A DNA stretch of 64,000 bases from Octopus sinensis (taxonomy: Eukaryota). The notes beneath the pieces were generated by a model. The model saw only the letters and a program-made list of their open reading frames with translations. It did no database searches and was not told the origin of the DNA. Position 1 is the stretch's first letter, and each line of letters starts with the position of its first letter. The DNA is taken from the NCBI RefSeq assembly GCF_006345805.1, contig NC_042997.1, positions 140,926,001 through 140,990,000 on the forward strand, written 5' to 3'. Below are positions 13,618 through 26,371 of the stretch, piece by piece. The translations under genes were made by a program, and so were the position numbers.

Positions 13618-13830
13618 TTGTGTGTCTGTGTTTGTCCCCCTAGCATTGCTTGACAACCGATGCTTGTGTGTTTACGTCCCCGTCACTTAGCGGTTCGGCA
13701 AAAGAGACCGATAGAATAAGTACTTGGCTTACAAAGAATAAGTCTCGGGGTCGATTTGCTCGACTAAAGGCGGTGCTCCAGCATGGCCGCAGTCAAATGA
13801 CTGAAACAAGTAAAAGAGAAAAGAGAAAGA
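13395..13830 (+). mobile_element. tRNA-derived SINE family 2 (CORE-like ttgggcaagt block, internal TA/TG microsatellite)
   Basis: gtggctgtgtggtaag...ggattcagtcccactgcgtggcatcttgggcaagtgtc; (TA)n at 13560-13605; tail ggcggtgctccagcatggccgcagtcaaatgactgaaac. Confidence 0.9.
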
Positions 13831-14103
13831 GATATAAAACATTATGGAGAATATGAATTCAACTATCTTAGAAAGCGGAATACATAATACGAATTGTTGT
13901 ATTTTATAATACCTACAGTGTAGGAATATCTATTTTATAGTTGTTACTAGCAAGTAGTTTGATTGACAAGGCCGAGTGGCACAATAAATTTGTTAACATA
14001 AAAAGGGCTGCAAATTTTGGCGACAACAAATGTTAACCGAAACAAGGTCTTTTTGTTTTCTCAATTTTTTGAATCAGAAGTGAACCCAGCATTCTACAAA
14101 TAT

Positions 14104-14194
<91 letters not shown>

Positions 14195-15224
14195 TATATA
14201 TATATTTGTACACACACACACACACACAAGCACAAGCATATTCAAGTTATTCTGCATATGGATACACAAGTGTAAGGTGGACCTGTGGACACTCAGGTGA
14301 GTCAGCATGTATGCGTACCTATATGTATGATGTGACGATCTAACTAATATGTGGTTTGATAAGTGAGTCGGAAAGTGATTGAGTTACTGTTACCTTGGTA
14401 GCAATGTGTGTAATATGTTCTGTTGCTTAACGACAGCATGCGCAGAAAGGACCGGTAGGACTGTATGGCTACTGGGCTCTGTCGCTGTGTTAGTATAAAA
14501 CTACTGGCTGCAAGGGCCCGCATCAGCTGTCTTCTGTTATCAGTGTGCCTGGCAGCATGGTCGTGACAAAGGCTGTGAGCTGTGTCAGTAGTCTCGCTAC
14601 GATGTCAACGCTAATTCGGTGCAACTATTGATATCGTCGTTGTCGGCCTCATCCGTGTTCCTTCGTTTCCGAGAATATTTCCCTGGGTCATGTGATTATG
14701 AGTTTATTAACGTGGAGAGTGTCACAAATTCACTTTCCACAATATTTTGTCGTCAAAGTCTCCATATATATGGTATAGCCGTAATGAGATGAGAGGAAGT
14801 TCATCTGATATAAAAGAGATGGTAGTACCGTAGCTTGTTTTTGCCAAGCTTATGTGCATAAGGAGCGATGACATGGCCATTGGTGAGGTTTGAATCTATA
14901 CGTGAAATTTGAACTCAGAACGCAAACAACCGGAACATATAACTCAAAGTATCTCGTCTGTCACACTAATAGTTGCCCAATCCACCTTTCTGGATCACAA
15001 AAAGAATGAAATGCAAAGATTATTTCGGCCGTATTTAAACTAACGGTGCTAAGATCTTAAACATGCTTTACTGATTAATACGACGTTCTATCTGATGCTT
15101 TACTGATGTTTTACTGATTAATTAAACATAGAAATAATTTATCGCTTTGTTGAGATTGCAATACTAAACGTTGGAAAGGCGAGCTTGCAGCATCATAAGA
15201 GCCTTCGGGAAAATTATACGTTGC

Positions 15225-15480
15225 AGGATTTCTACAGACTCTTTACATTCGGGCCGGTTTTCCGGTTTCCTTGGCGTATAGGTTCCCCACCTGGACGCGA
15301 CACCGGTCCGCCGCAGGTGAGCTGCAAGATACAGGAGGAAAGAGTGAGAGAAAGTTGTGGTGAAAGAGTCAGCCATCATCTTCTGCCGGAGCCGCGTGGA
15401 GCTTAGGTGTTTCGTTCATAAACACACACATCGCCTGGTCTGAGATTCGAACCCGCGATCGTGAGTCCGCTGAACAGTCG
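15225..15480 (-). mobile_element. SINE family 3
   Basis: gggccggttttccggtttccttggcg...ctgagattcgaacccgcgatc. Confidence 0.8.
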
Positions 15481-16123
15481 AGCACTTGTGTCGATTTAAT
15501 CGACTACCCTTTCCCCTTAAAATCGCTGGCTTTGTGCCAATATTATAAGGAATTAATTTAACCGTCGAATAAATATTTAGGTATAAGTTTGTTTCACAAG
15601 CTCATCATGAATGTAGTTCGCCCTCTATCATGAGAGATTTACTACACTTCTGTATTTTGGAGGAAAACAAAATTAGGAAAGTTATCATGATTTCTGTATT
15701 AAAACCACACAACATATCCAGTGACCAAACAATTATTGTCTTTGTTTATATTCCATTTATGGATTTGATTTCTTGATTGGGTGTCTGCTCCAGAATATTA
15801 TTAATAAAATTTATTGAAGCACACAAGTCTAAATTGTTTTTATAATCAATGGTTAATAATAATAATTATAACAACAACAACAACAACAACAATAACAACA
15901 ACAACAATAATAATAATAATAATAATTATTATTATGGATTTATTTCTCAGAACATTCGTTCTTGTTTGTTGTGGTAGATTCTGTGAGAGCGGACAGTAGC
16001 CTGCTGTCAGAGGTCTTGCAGGGTATCTTTCCGCTCATTATAAGCTTTGAAACTTGGTTGTTGATTATTGTGGGAGACATTCAACATCCAAGTACCAATA
16101 TTAAAATCCTAGTTGTCCCCAGA

Positions 16124-16158
<35 letters not shown>

Positions 16159-16159
<1 letters not shown>

Positions 16160-19100
16160 TTTTTTTTTCTTCTTTCAAATTTTCTTCCATTTCTTGCCGA
16201 GTGTCTTCCCGACTCCTAGGGCAAAGAAACTCATAGTGTATATTGGTAGGCCATTAAACCAAACTCAGTAGTTCGTTCATTTAAAAAAAAAAAAATTTTT
16301 TTTTTTAAAGTTAAATTAAAATGCATGAGCAGCAACAGTTCTCACATCGACAATGCTCTTCTCAATACGTGCGATGTACCAGTTAAGACAATCTTTTGCA
16401 CTTCTTGCAGGGATGGTAAGCCAGGGATCATTCTCATATAATTTTCGGTTCCCTTCTTGATCATTCCTAGTGCTCCTACGATCACTGGTATTGTAACCAC
16501 CTTGAGATGCCACATTTTCTCAATTTCAATGAGTAGGTCTTTATATTTTCTGAGCTTGTCAAACTCTTTCGCTGAGATATTATGATCACAGGGGATGCTC
16601 ATGTCGATCAATAAGCAAACTTTATTGTTTTGGTCTTTCACAAAAATATCTGGTTTATTGGCCTTGATGGTTCGGTCTGTATGTACTGGAAAGTCCCACA
16701 GAATGGTTACATTTTCTCCTTCAGTTACAGCCTCAGGGTGGTGATTATACCACTTGTCGGCAGTTTTGATATTGTAATGCCGACTTATTAGCCAGTGGAG
16801 ATATTGGCCAACTCTGTCATGTCTTAATTTATACTCCACTGGTGCTAAGACTTTACATCCAGAGATTAGGTGGTCTACTGTTTCAATCATGTCGTTGCAG
16901 AATCGGCATTTTGGGTCTGCTCCATTTTTCATCACATTGGCCTGGTAGTTCCGAGTTGATAGGCTTTGGTCTTGAGCAGCCAGGATGAAACCTTCGCTCT
17001 CTGCTTTTAGCCCTGAGCTCCGCAGCCACTGATGGGTTTGCTTCTGGTCAACATCAGCTTGTTTGCTGCGGGTCACATATTTGCCGTGCAGAGGTTTCTC
17101 CTCCCACCTATCAGCCAATTGCTCGTGCGCTTTTTTCATTGCCATCATTTTCACCTTCTTTGCAGCAATAGTTGCCGTACTTCCCTCGGGTTGTTCAGTT
17201 TGGGTATCCTGCACGAGATCAATAGCAAATTGTTTGCTTTCCTTGATGATAGAATGAAGCTTCTTTCGTCTCTCGTGATTTTCTACGAGCTTTAGCATCC
17301 AGTCATTCGATATTTCGAGATATTTGGCCAGTCCAATTGTGGTTGTTTTGTAAGCTAGTTCAAATTGGATCAGGCCTCGACCTCCTTGGGCTCTGGGAAG
17401 GTAAAGGCGATCTACGTCTGCCTTTGGGTGGTGCATCCTATTACAACTCAGCAGCTTGCGTATTTTTCTATCTATATTCTTTACTTCACTCATATTCCAG
17501 TTCAACACATTGTAGCTATAAGTAACAACTGGAACTGCTAGGGAATTTATAGCTAACACCTTGTTACGTGCATTTAGTTCAGATTTCAGGACTGCACGAA
17601 CTCTCCTATAACATTCCTTCCTGATTTTCTCTTTCATGCTTGCATGCTGAATACCAGAGCCTTCATTTATCCCTAAATATTTGTATGTTTGTTCTTGCTC
17701 AAGCTCTCTTATGACTGTGTCAACATCTAACACGACTGAATTTGTGGTCTTCACTTTCCCTTTCTGGAAAGTGGCCTTGGCACACTTCTCAAGTCCAAAC
17801 TCAATCCCGATGTCATCGCTGAATGATTCACGGTGCGCAATAGACCTTCAAGTTCATTATTGTCTTTACCATAAAGTTTTAAGTCATCCATATAAAATAG
17901 ATGGCTTATTTTTTATTGGCAATTTTATACCCATACCCTGTTCTGTTTAATTCACTTGTAAGGGGTATTAGGGCTATGCAGAATATTAAAGGTGAAAGTG
18001 AGTCACCTTGAAAAATTCCACAGTTGATGTTTATATTTTCTGAGGCAAGTACTCCATTAGAGTGGTATAATTGGAGATTCGTATTCCACAACGACATATT
18101 GTGCTTCAGGAAGTTTGAAATCACAGGGGAAATTTTGAAGATGTCCAGCGATCTCAAGATCCATGGATGCGGTATACTGTCGAAGGCCTTTTTATAGTCA
18201 ATCCATGCGGTGCTGAGATTTCTGCGCTTGTTGTGACAGTTCTCAAGGATCATACGATTGATTAGCAGTTGATCTTTGCATCCGTAAGAGCCTCAGCGGC
18301 ACCCTTTTTGTTCAATGGGGAAAATATCGTTCTTCTCCATGAATGCATATGTTTTCTCCGCCAGGATAGATGTTAGGATTTTATACGTGGTGGATAGACA
18401 GGTTATAGGCCGATAGTTTTTTGGAAGGTTGGTTTCGTTATTCTTTGGGAGTAGGTAAGTAATGCCACTTGCTAACCATTCAGGTGTTTTCTTTGGGTCT
18501 CTCATAATTCCATTGAGCAGCTGAACTAGCTTACCGTGTGCGCACGGGAGCGATGCGAGCCAGAAATTCGGCACCCTATCTTTACCGGGGGATTTCCAAT
18601 TATGGGCCTTCGTGAGTGCCTTTCTTAGGTCTGCTATTGTGATGTCTTCCCATGCTTGTTGTTGTAAATTTTGGTAGGATCCTTCAGTTTGTATAATCCA
18701 GTCTGCATTTATGTTGTACGTCTTCTTGTCACTCCAAATCCTTTTCCAAATGTTTTGAACTTCTTCCATGGGAGGGGGGTCTTTAACGGTTACTTTCTCC
18801 TTCCCTATTTCTCTGTAGAAGTTTTTGGCATTGGATGTGAACAGCTTATTTTGCTTGTAAAAACTGTTTCTCTTCTCAAATCTTCGTATTCTTTGGGCTT
18901 TTGCTTGGACTTTTTGTTTCAGCGTTTCTTTTATTGATATCAGTTCTTCTCTTGGTGAGGATCCAAATTTTCTCTTCATCTTTCTTCCTGTTCTGGATCT
19001 TACATCATTTCCACATATTAGTTCATTTAATATTGATATTTCCCCTCTCATAAATTCAATCTCTTTTTCAATTTTACTTCTCCAGGTTTGATTTCTTCCC

Positions 19101-20060
19101 AGGTTTTGTTTTCTTTGTTTTTTCGGGGGCATACAGCTGGTTTCAATTGCCCTAGCAGAAGCGTAAATAATTTCATTTAACTCAGTAAAATCAGGTTTTA
19201 ATTCTCGTATTATTTCATTTGTTACATAGTTGCCAATTTGGATTTGTTTTTTATTTTGGTTTGTATTTGAGAGTTTATGAAGCGGTTCTCTATCATTCAT
19301 ACTTGTATGTCTTACAACTTCAAGCGTATTCAGGATTTTCTGCCTCATTTCTGCTATAGACTCTCTGTGTTCTCCAGCAAATGCGAGATCTTCAGTTACT
19401 GTTGTTCTTTCGTTTTCCTGGCTATCTTTAACAGGTACAATAGAATTTCTTGTATCTTCAGGCCTTTGCGTACTTTGGTCAGATGGCAGTCTTTCAATTA
19501 AGCCTCGTGGCGGGCTATACTGTTCATCTGATTCTTCATTTCCTTTGTGTCTTATATTTATGTCATTTTCCGTTGCGTGCTTCATCACGCTTATTTCACT
19601 GTCTGTGAGTCTGTTATTTCTAAGGATATCCCTCCTCACATTTGCTAATTTGTTCTCGTCCAAATAGGGCCTACTGTCTTGATTCCGTGTTCTCCATATA
19701 CTGTAAGAGTTTGCGGTGTGTCTCTCTTGAGATGGCCTACCTAATGCATAGTAATAAGCGTATATTACTTCTTTATACTCTTCTCGGGTCCATTTGTTCC
19801 GCTTACATTTTTCTTTCTGTGGTGGTTGTGGTGGTGAACTTGGAGGGCTCGAGTGGGGGATTTCCCGTTCAAGTGACCATCCATGTCCGTATTCGGAGAA
19901 GAGTTTGTGCCAGTTGATGACTTTTCGATCCCAGGCTGGCTCTTCCCTGGGGGACGCGCTTCCAGATTAACCATAGGACAAGCGATTTGGTATACTGATT
20001 TAGTTTTCCTTTTAGTTTCCAAAAACATTTTGGTGCTACGATAATGTTATCATTTTTTAG
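16159..20060 (-). mobile_element. Near-full-length R4/Dong-clade non-LTR retrotransposon (RT + restriction-like endonuclease), slightly decayed
   Basis: Reading the minus strand: Myb-like RNKWTREEYKEVIYAYYY in a frame open 19966-18293; RT motifs WKSPGKDRVPNFW, NYRPITCLSTTYK, EQKGCR*GSYGCKDQLL, AWIDYKKAFDSIPH, GIFQGDSLSPLIF, FYMDD (17894-17883); CRFCNDMIETVDHLISGC zinc knuckle; RHD; KPDIF...LIDMSIP...KEFDKLRKY endonuclease. About 180-bp 3' UTR ends at a (TAA)n tract (16124-16158). The 5' boundary is approximate. Confidence 0.95.
16342..19974 (-). pseudogene. Single RT-RLE ORF of the R4/Dong element, broken by about 4 lesions
   Basis: ORF-track pieces 20028..19765, 19663..18293, 18253..17906 and 17754..16342 join into one ORF. 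Lesions: a frameshift near the N-terminus after ATG 19974, an in-frame TGA at 18295-18293 (probably CGA>TGA), and two single-base deletions flanking the YMDD segment (about 17906 and 17828). Confidence 0.9.
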
Positions 20061-20467
20061 CTTTGATTGGCTCGTGGGGAGACGGCCATCATTGCCGTTA
20101 CAATTATAATCGTACCATTATAGCAGCCGTAGTCGGCTTATTATTGTTATTATCATCACCATTACCATCACTATCATCATTATCGCCACCATTACCATCA
20201 TCATTATCATCATCACCATCACCATCACCACCATCATCATCAATGATATTGTTTTATGTGTAGTCATAGCAGTATCTTATTATTGTTATTTTTGTTTTTT
20301 TTTATCATTATCACCATCACAGTAGTGTCTGTCTGTCTCGTTGGCTGGCTTGGTGGTTGGCTGGCTGACTGTCTTTTTTTTTTTTTTTTTTTTTTTTCTT
20401 TAGGTGCGGTCCTATCGGTCAAAAAAAGTTCAGATGTTTACTACTATTAGGCTTAAGAAAAATTAAG

Positions 20468-21377
20468 GAAGGGCGGTTCTGTATTGTTTGTGAATAGAGA
20501 AGTTGTGTTCGACCAGAGAGAATCGTAGCATCATCATTTTTTTTTTTTTTTTTTTCAACGTGCGTTTGTGTTATTGCAATAAAAAGTGTTTGTATATTTC
20601 CTGTAAGGTAATATTGTGGAGGTTGAAGTTGACTTTTCTAGAGATGTTTGTATGTCCAGTTAGAAGAACAGGTGTTTTTTACAATAAAAAGTATATGTTT
20701 ACATTTATATTTGAATATTCAGGGAGGAAGCAAAGAAAAGTCAGATTTTCATAGAAAGTTTTAGGGTTTTGTAAGTCCACAAAAAGAAAAAAAAAAAGCG
20801 TGATGTTTTTAGAGAGAAGAAAAAAAAAGGATGTTTACAGAGGCAATTGTGGGTATCAAAGTTTTTAAAGCTGGTCGAATGTATGATTGAAAACTGTAGA
20901 TATGTAAATTTGTAAATTTTCTTTACTTATTTTGAAGGGCTGTTCTGTATTATTTGTGAATAGAGAAGCTGTGTTCGACCAGAGAGAATCTTAGCATCAT
21001 TATTTTTTCCATGTGCGTTTGTGTTATTGCAATAAAAAGTGTTTGTATATTTCGTGCAAGGTAATATTGTGGAGGTTGAAGTTGACCCCTCTAGAGATGT
21101 TGTATGTCCAGTTAGAGGAACAGGTGTGTTTTGCAATAAAGAGTATATGTTTACATTTATATTTGAATATTCTGGGAGGAAGCAAAGAAAAGTCAGATTT
21201 TCATAGAAAGTTTTAGGGTTTTGCATGTCCACAAAAAGAAAAGCGTGATATTTTTAGAGAGAAGAAAAAAAAAGGGTGCTTACAGAGGCAGTTGTGGGTA
21301 TTAAAGTTTTTAAGGCCGATCGGATGTATGTTTGAAAGCTGCAGATATGTAAATTTGTAAATTTCTTAACCCACTTT
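20468..21377. repeat. Head-to-tail tandem duplication, unit about 450-466 bp
   Basis: gaagggcggttctgtattg at 20468 and gaagggctgttctgtatta at 20934; colinear throughout. Confidence 0.9.
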
Positions 21378-21538
21378 GAAGAGAATTTCAAATACTCACG
21401 AGGTATTGTAGATGTTCCAGTCTTTGAGAGTTATTTTTCCCCGTTGCTAAACTGGCCCATATTAGTGTTTCTATGGCTTTCAGCCACCGAACTGTCAGAG
21501 CACTGAGGAACACGTCCAGCCGCTGTCAAGGCTGGCGC

Positions 21539-21575
21539 TCTTCTTCTTCTTCTTCTTCTTCTTCTTCTTCTTCTT

Positions 21576-21606
<31 letters not shown>

Positions 21607-21626
21607 TATTATTATTATTATTATTA

Positions 21627-21681
<55 letters not shown>

Positions 21682-21700
21682 AATAATAATAATAATAATA
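21539..21700. repeat. Compound (TTC)n(TTA)n(TAA)n microsatellite
   Basis: Direct reading. Confidence 0.95.
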
Positions 21701-22155
21701 CACAATCTGCATGTTTGTTACAATCACTTGCCGAGACACACTCGGTGTCTTAGGTCAAGTGAAGGATATTTAAATTAATAGGGTTTTTCTAAGGATGTGG
21801 GCAGTATTTGTCAGCACAATATTTTGGATTTTTCTGACACATGGTTCTCCTGGGATATTATCTAGATGTTTTTGACATTCCTTTCTTACCATGCCTAGGG
21901 CACCCACAATAGCAGAAACAATTATCGCTTTAAGATGCCACATCCTTTGTATTTTAATTTCCATAGCCCCTTGTGGGTAATAAAGAATCAGTATTTTAAT
22001 TTCCATTTCCTTATATTTACATAATTTGTCAAATTTCTACTTACATCTATTAGTCTACAAGTATTTTCTTCTGTATCTTGTCGATTAGTCCGGATCGTTC
22101 TGTCAGTGCTGACTGGAAAATCCCAGAGGTTAGTGACATTATTACCTTCAACACC
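21700..22155 (-). mobile_element. R4/Dong-clade 3' fragment (RLE + 3' UTR) between two TAA tracts
   Basis: VTNLWDFPVSTDRTI, QRMWHLKAIIVSAIVGALGMVRK and IQNIVLTNTAHILRKTL match the C-terminus of the 16-20 kb element. TTA/TAA arrays lie at 21606-21700 and 22183-22260. Confidence 0.85.
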
Positions 22156-22179
22156 CAGGATGGTGTTCAAACCAGGATG

Positions 22180-22257
<78 letters not shown>

Positions 22258-23298
22258 TTATGTCAAGGCGGCAGAATCGTTAGCGTACCGGGCAAAATGA
22301 TTAGCGGCATTTCGTCCGTCTTTAAATAGAAATAATTTGCACAAAACCCAGTGTGAAGAACAAAATATATTTATACTCATAGATGTCGAGCAACGCTATT
22401 TCTTTCAGATATTGGTTGATACAATAGTTAGTGCTCAAAATACAAAAGTGGTAGAGCGGCGAGGATAAAAAAGTTCTTTTATGGTTGAGTTACGCCCCTT
22501 TGGATTTCGATTTAAATACTCACTGAGCTTCCCTTCTCTTCTTCCTTGTGATATACCTACATATGTCTACACACATGTGTAAGCACCAGTGAAATACCGG
22601 TATTGATATAATCTATAATACTCTCACCCTTGTCAGATTTGTAGTCCTTGTCTCTAAGATAAATAAGAAACTTGATTTTCTCTCTCTCTTTCTCCCCCCC
22701 TCTCTCCTCACACACATTTGCAATGTAATATATGGATTCATAGAATCGTGAGGCTATCACAGAAAGCTCTTCTAACGGATTCATACTAATCCAATACAGA
22801 TGAGTATAATGGAGAGTTCCATGCAGCTGAAATCCGAGAGATCCGATCGATGATATTATTTCACGAATAATATATAAATCAAAATACGTCAAGCGATCTG
22901 AGACGTGAATATGTTTATTCAACCACTTATCATACTTAGGGTTGCGGTCACTTCGTAACCTTCTTTATGTAATAATAATTTCAGTGTATAAATAATTTAT
23001 TATACACTGAAATTCTTATTATATGAGGAAGGCTGCGAAATGGCTGTAACCCAAATGGCTGTAACCCATGTGGTTAAATAAATATAGTCGCCTCTCATAT
23101 CTCCTGGCTTTTTATGGTTTATATATGTGTCCGTGTGCTTGCGTGTGTGTGGGTGTGTATGTGTGTTTGTGTGTGTGTGTGCATATATATATGTATGTGT
23201 ATATAAGTATGTGTATATATAACTATTATATATATATATATAATACACATATATATTTGTATTATACACACACACACACACACACGCATATATATATA

Positions 23299-23859
23299 TA
23301 TACAATATGTTACATTACTCGGTAGTCAAGATAAAACTCTGAGTTTCAGATGCCGAAGTGGAAATCCACAACACCATCTCTTCGGTTATCTGGCTATTTG
23401 AAAACGTTATGAAAAAATACCGTTAAATAAAGGGAAGTTACTCTGTTATAACTCTGCTTGCCTGCGTACTTATACATCGCTCGCATTTTTCGTCATAAAA
23501 ATTATATAAAAATACATAAAAAATATATAAAAATATATAAAAATATATAAAAATATATAAAAATATAAAAATATATAAAAATATAAAAAAAATATATAAA
23601 TTCTTCTTGGGACATATATATATATTTTTATATATTTTTTATGTATTTTTATATAATTTTTATGACGAAAAATGCGAGCGATGTATAAGTACGCAGGCAA
23701 GCAGAGTTATAACAGAGTAATTTCCCTTTATTTAACGGTATTTTTTCATAACGTTTTCAAATAGCCAGATAACCGAAGAGATGGTGTTGTGGATTTCCAC
23801 TTCGGCATCTGAAACTCAGAGTTTTATCTTGACTACCGAGTAATGTAACATATTGTATA
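23299..23859. mobile_element. Foldback/MITE-like element with about 240-bp near-perfect inverted arms
   Basis: tatacaatatgttacattactcggtagtcaag... (23299 on) is mirrored by ...cttgactaccgagtaatgtaacatattgtata (to 23859). One mismatch seen (agggaagttac vs agggaaattac). TA at both ends. Confidence 0.9.
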
Positions 23860-23938
23860 GATAAATTTCCTCTATTTACATAATATTGAGGTCTCTTTCT
23901 TTCTTTTGTTATCTTACCGTTTTATCAATATATATATA

Positions 23939-23987
<49 letters not shown>

Positions 23988-24066
23988 TATGTGTGTGTGT
24001 GTGTATATATATATATCTATTATATATATATATATATTATATATATATATATATATAATATATATA

Positions 24067-24495
24067 TAGGCGTAGCTGTGTGGTCAGAAGCTTGCTTCCC
24101 AACAACACGGTTCCAGGTTCAGTTTCACTGCGTGACACATGGAGAAGCGTTTTTGCTATAGCCTCCGGCCGACCAATGCCTTGTGAGTGGATTTTGAAAG
24201 AAGACCGACGTATTTATAAATATATATGTGTATGTGAGTGTGTGCACCTATGTGTATGTCTTTGTGTCTGTGTTTGCCCCCACCCACTGCTACTTGATAA
24301 CAGGTACTGGTGTGTTTATGTCCAGTAACATAGCGGTTCGGCAGAAGAGCCCGATAGAATAAGTACTAGGCTTCAAAAAAAAAAAAAAGTCTTAAGCTCG
24401 ATATGTTCGGCTATAACACTTCAAGATGGTGCTCTAACATGTCTGCAATCAAATGACTGAATTAAATAAAGGAATAAAAAAATTAAAAGAATACA
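24067..24495 (+). mobile_element. SINE family 2
   Basis: Same head, body and tail blocks as 13395-13830. Confidence 0.8.
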
Positions 24496-24534
24496 CACAC
24501 ACACGTATGTATGATGAATGAATGTATGTATGTA

Positions 24535-24665
<131 letters not shown>

Positions 24666-25671
24666 TATATATAATATATATATAATATATATATATATTG
24701 ATATAGTACTTGCTGTTTTAAATCAAAGTTCCATCAACTAACCTCATTTCACGAAGAACAAAAGTAATAATAAAAAAAAAAAAACTTTTTAAAAGTCAAA
24801 GAAATATTTATTTTTCTCTCAAATTTACCATTTGTTAGTCGAGATAGATAGATAGGTAGTTAGATGGATATATAGATAGATGGATAGATAGATAGGCAGA
24901 TAGATGGATATATAGATAGATGGATGGATAGATAGATGGGGAGAGAGAAAGGGAGAGGGAAGGCGTGGTGGGGGGAAGGGTTATGATGAAAAGTCCGTCA
25001 CAAGACACCAGGGAAATTAAAAGTAGAATGACAAGTTTTCCATTAGCTTGTTCACCTCTGCTAGGTGAAAATAGTTAATGGAACGCTGCAAAAACGTTTC
25101 TTCCTGTGTGCAAAATGATATGAAAGCCATTCTGGCAGGGCAACAACATCATTTGCCTGCACTCCCCATTGAAAAAGAGTTAGTTGAATGCATCGGCAGA
25201 AATTCGAAGCCGATAAATGATATAGTTTTTCCGTAAGATACTTAAGAACTATCCAATTTCATTTGAGGAGACAATTGTAAATGGATGCTCGATATTACTG
25301 AACGAGAAAGAGACTGACAGCTTCCCAACCGATATATCGCCACCGCCACCACCACCACCTACAACACCACCGCTTTAACATTTTTGCAAACGTCTTTGTT
25401 GTTGTTGTTATTGTTGTTGTTGTTGTTGTTATTGCTGCCGTTACTGTAGTTGTAGCTCTTGTTTTTATTGTTTTTATTGCTGTTTTTGCTGCTGTTATTA
25501 TTGTTGCTGTTGGTGGTGGTTTAATTCAGATCAGCTCTGATCCCGCATAATTACGATGTAATGCATTCCAGCCGTGACCATTCCGTCTTTTATCCCAGCA
25601 TAAGACTACATTATCTGTGTCCTTTCATTTTAAAGATGTTAGAGTCTTGGGGCAATGTTATTTGCTCCAGT

Positions 25672-25677
25672 TGCTGT

Positions 25678-25716
<39 letters not shown>

Positions 25717-25878
25717 AGCTACCACCATTACCATCACCAGCACGAAAACCACCACCACCATCACCATTACTACTACTACTACTACTACAACCACCACCGT
25801 TGCTACTACTACTACTACCACTACCACCACCATTACTACTAGTACTACTACTACTACTACTACTACTACAACCACCAT

Positions 25879-25932
<54 letters not shown>

Positions 25933-26105
25933 CACCTTTACTACTACTACTACTATTACCGGCACCACCACAATCACTATCACCATCACCAACGCCACCA
26001 CTACTGTCACCACTACTACCATCTCCACTTTTGCCACTAACAGCACTACTAATAATAATACCTCCATCACCACAACCACCACCATCACCACCATCACTAC
26101 TACTG
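25672..26105. repeat. Compound (ACT)/(ACC) microsatellite
   Basis: Direct reading; source of the poly-T/V/L/S ORFs. Confidence 0.95.
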
Positions 26106-26371
26106 CTATGTTTGTCAGTGATATTATAATCTGTAGCAGTGAGATTTGATAGAAAGGCGTGAACACGATCGGAAAGTTGCAACCATTGCATTAACTGTCA
26201 CCAAAAACAAGGGAGTTTCTTGTGTGGTCGTTCCCTTTGCTAGAAATAGCAGCCGACTTTCTTTCGTGTCATTCGATCAAAGAACATCGGATAATAGATA
26301 ATTATTGGGAAAATAAATGAAGAAACAGCGGGTGATCATAACTGGAGCGCCTTTGGTGGATGATGGGGTTT

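Noticed and set aside
15934-16123. Segment between two TAA tracts as another R4 remnant
   Set aside because: Only faint similarity (KDTLQDL*QQATVRSHRI) to the R4 N-terminal region; not supportable without alignment.
17032-19917. Plus-strand ORFs antisense to the R4 element, and the short ORF 16316..16513
   Set aside because: Shadow frames of the RT ORF with no independent features.
25561-26191. Long Thr-, Val-, Leu- or Ser/Gly-rich ORFs (mucin-like)
   Set aside because: They are translations of an ACT/ACC microsatellite that is open in several frames on both strands.
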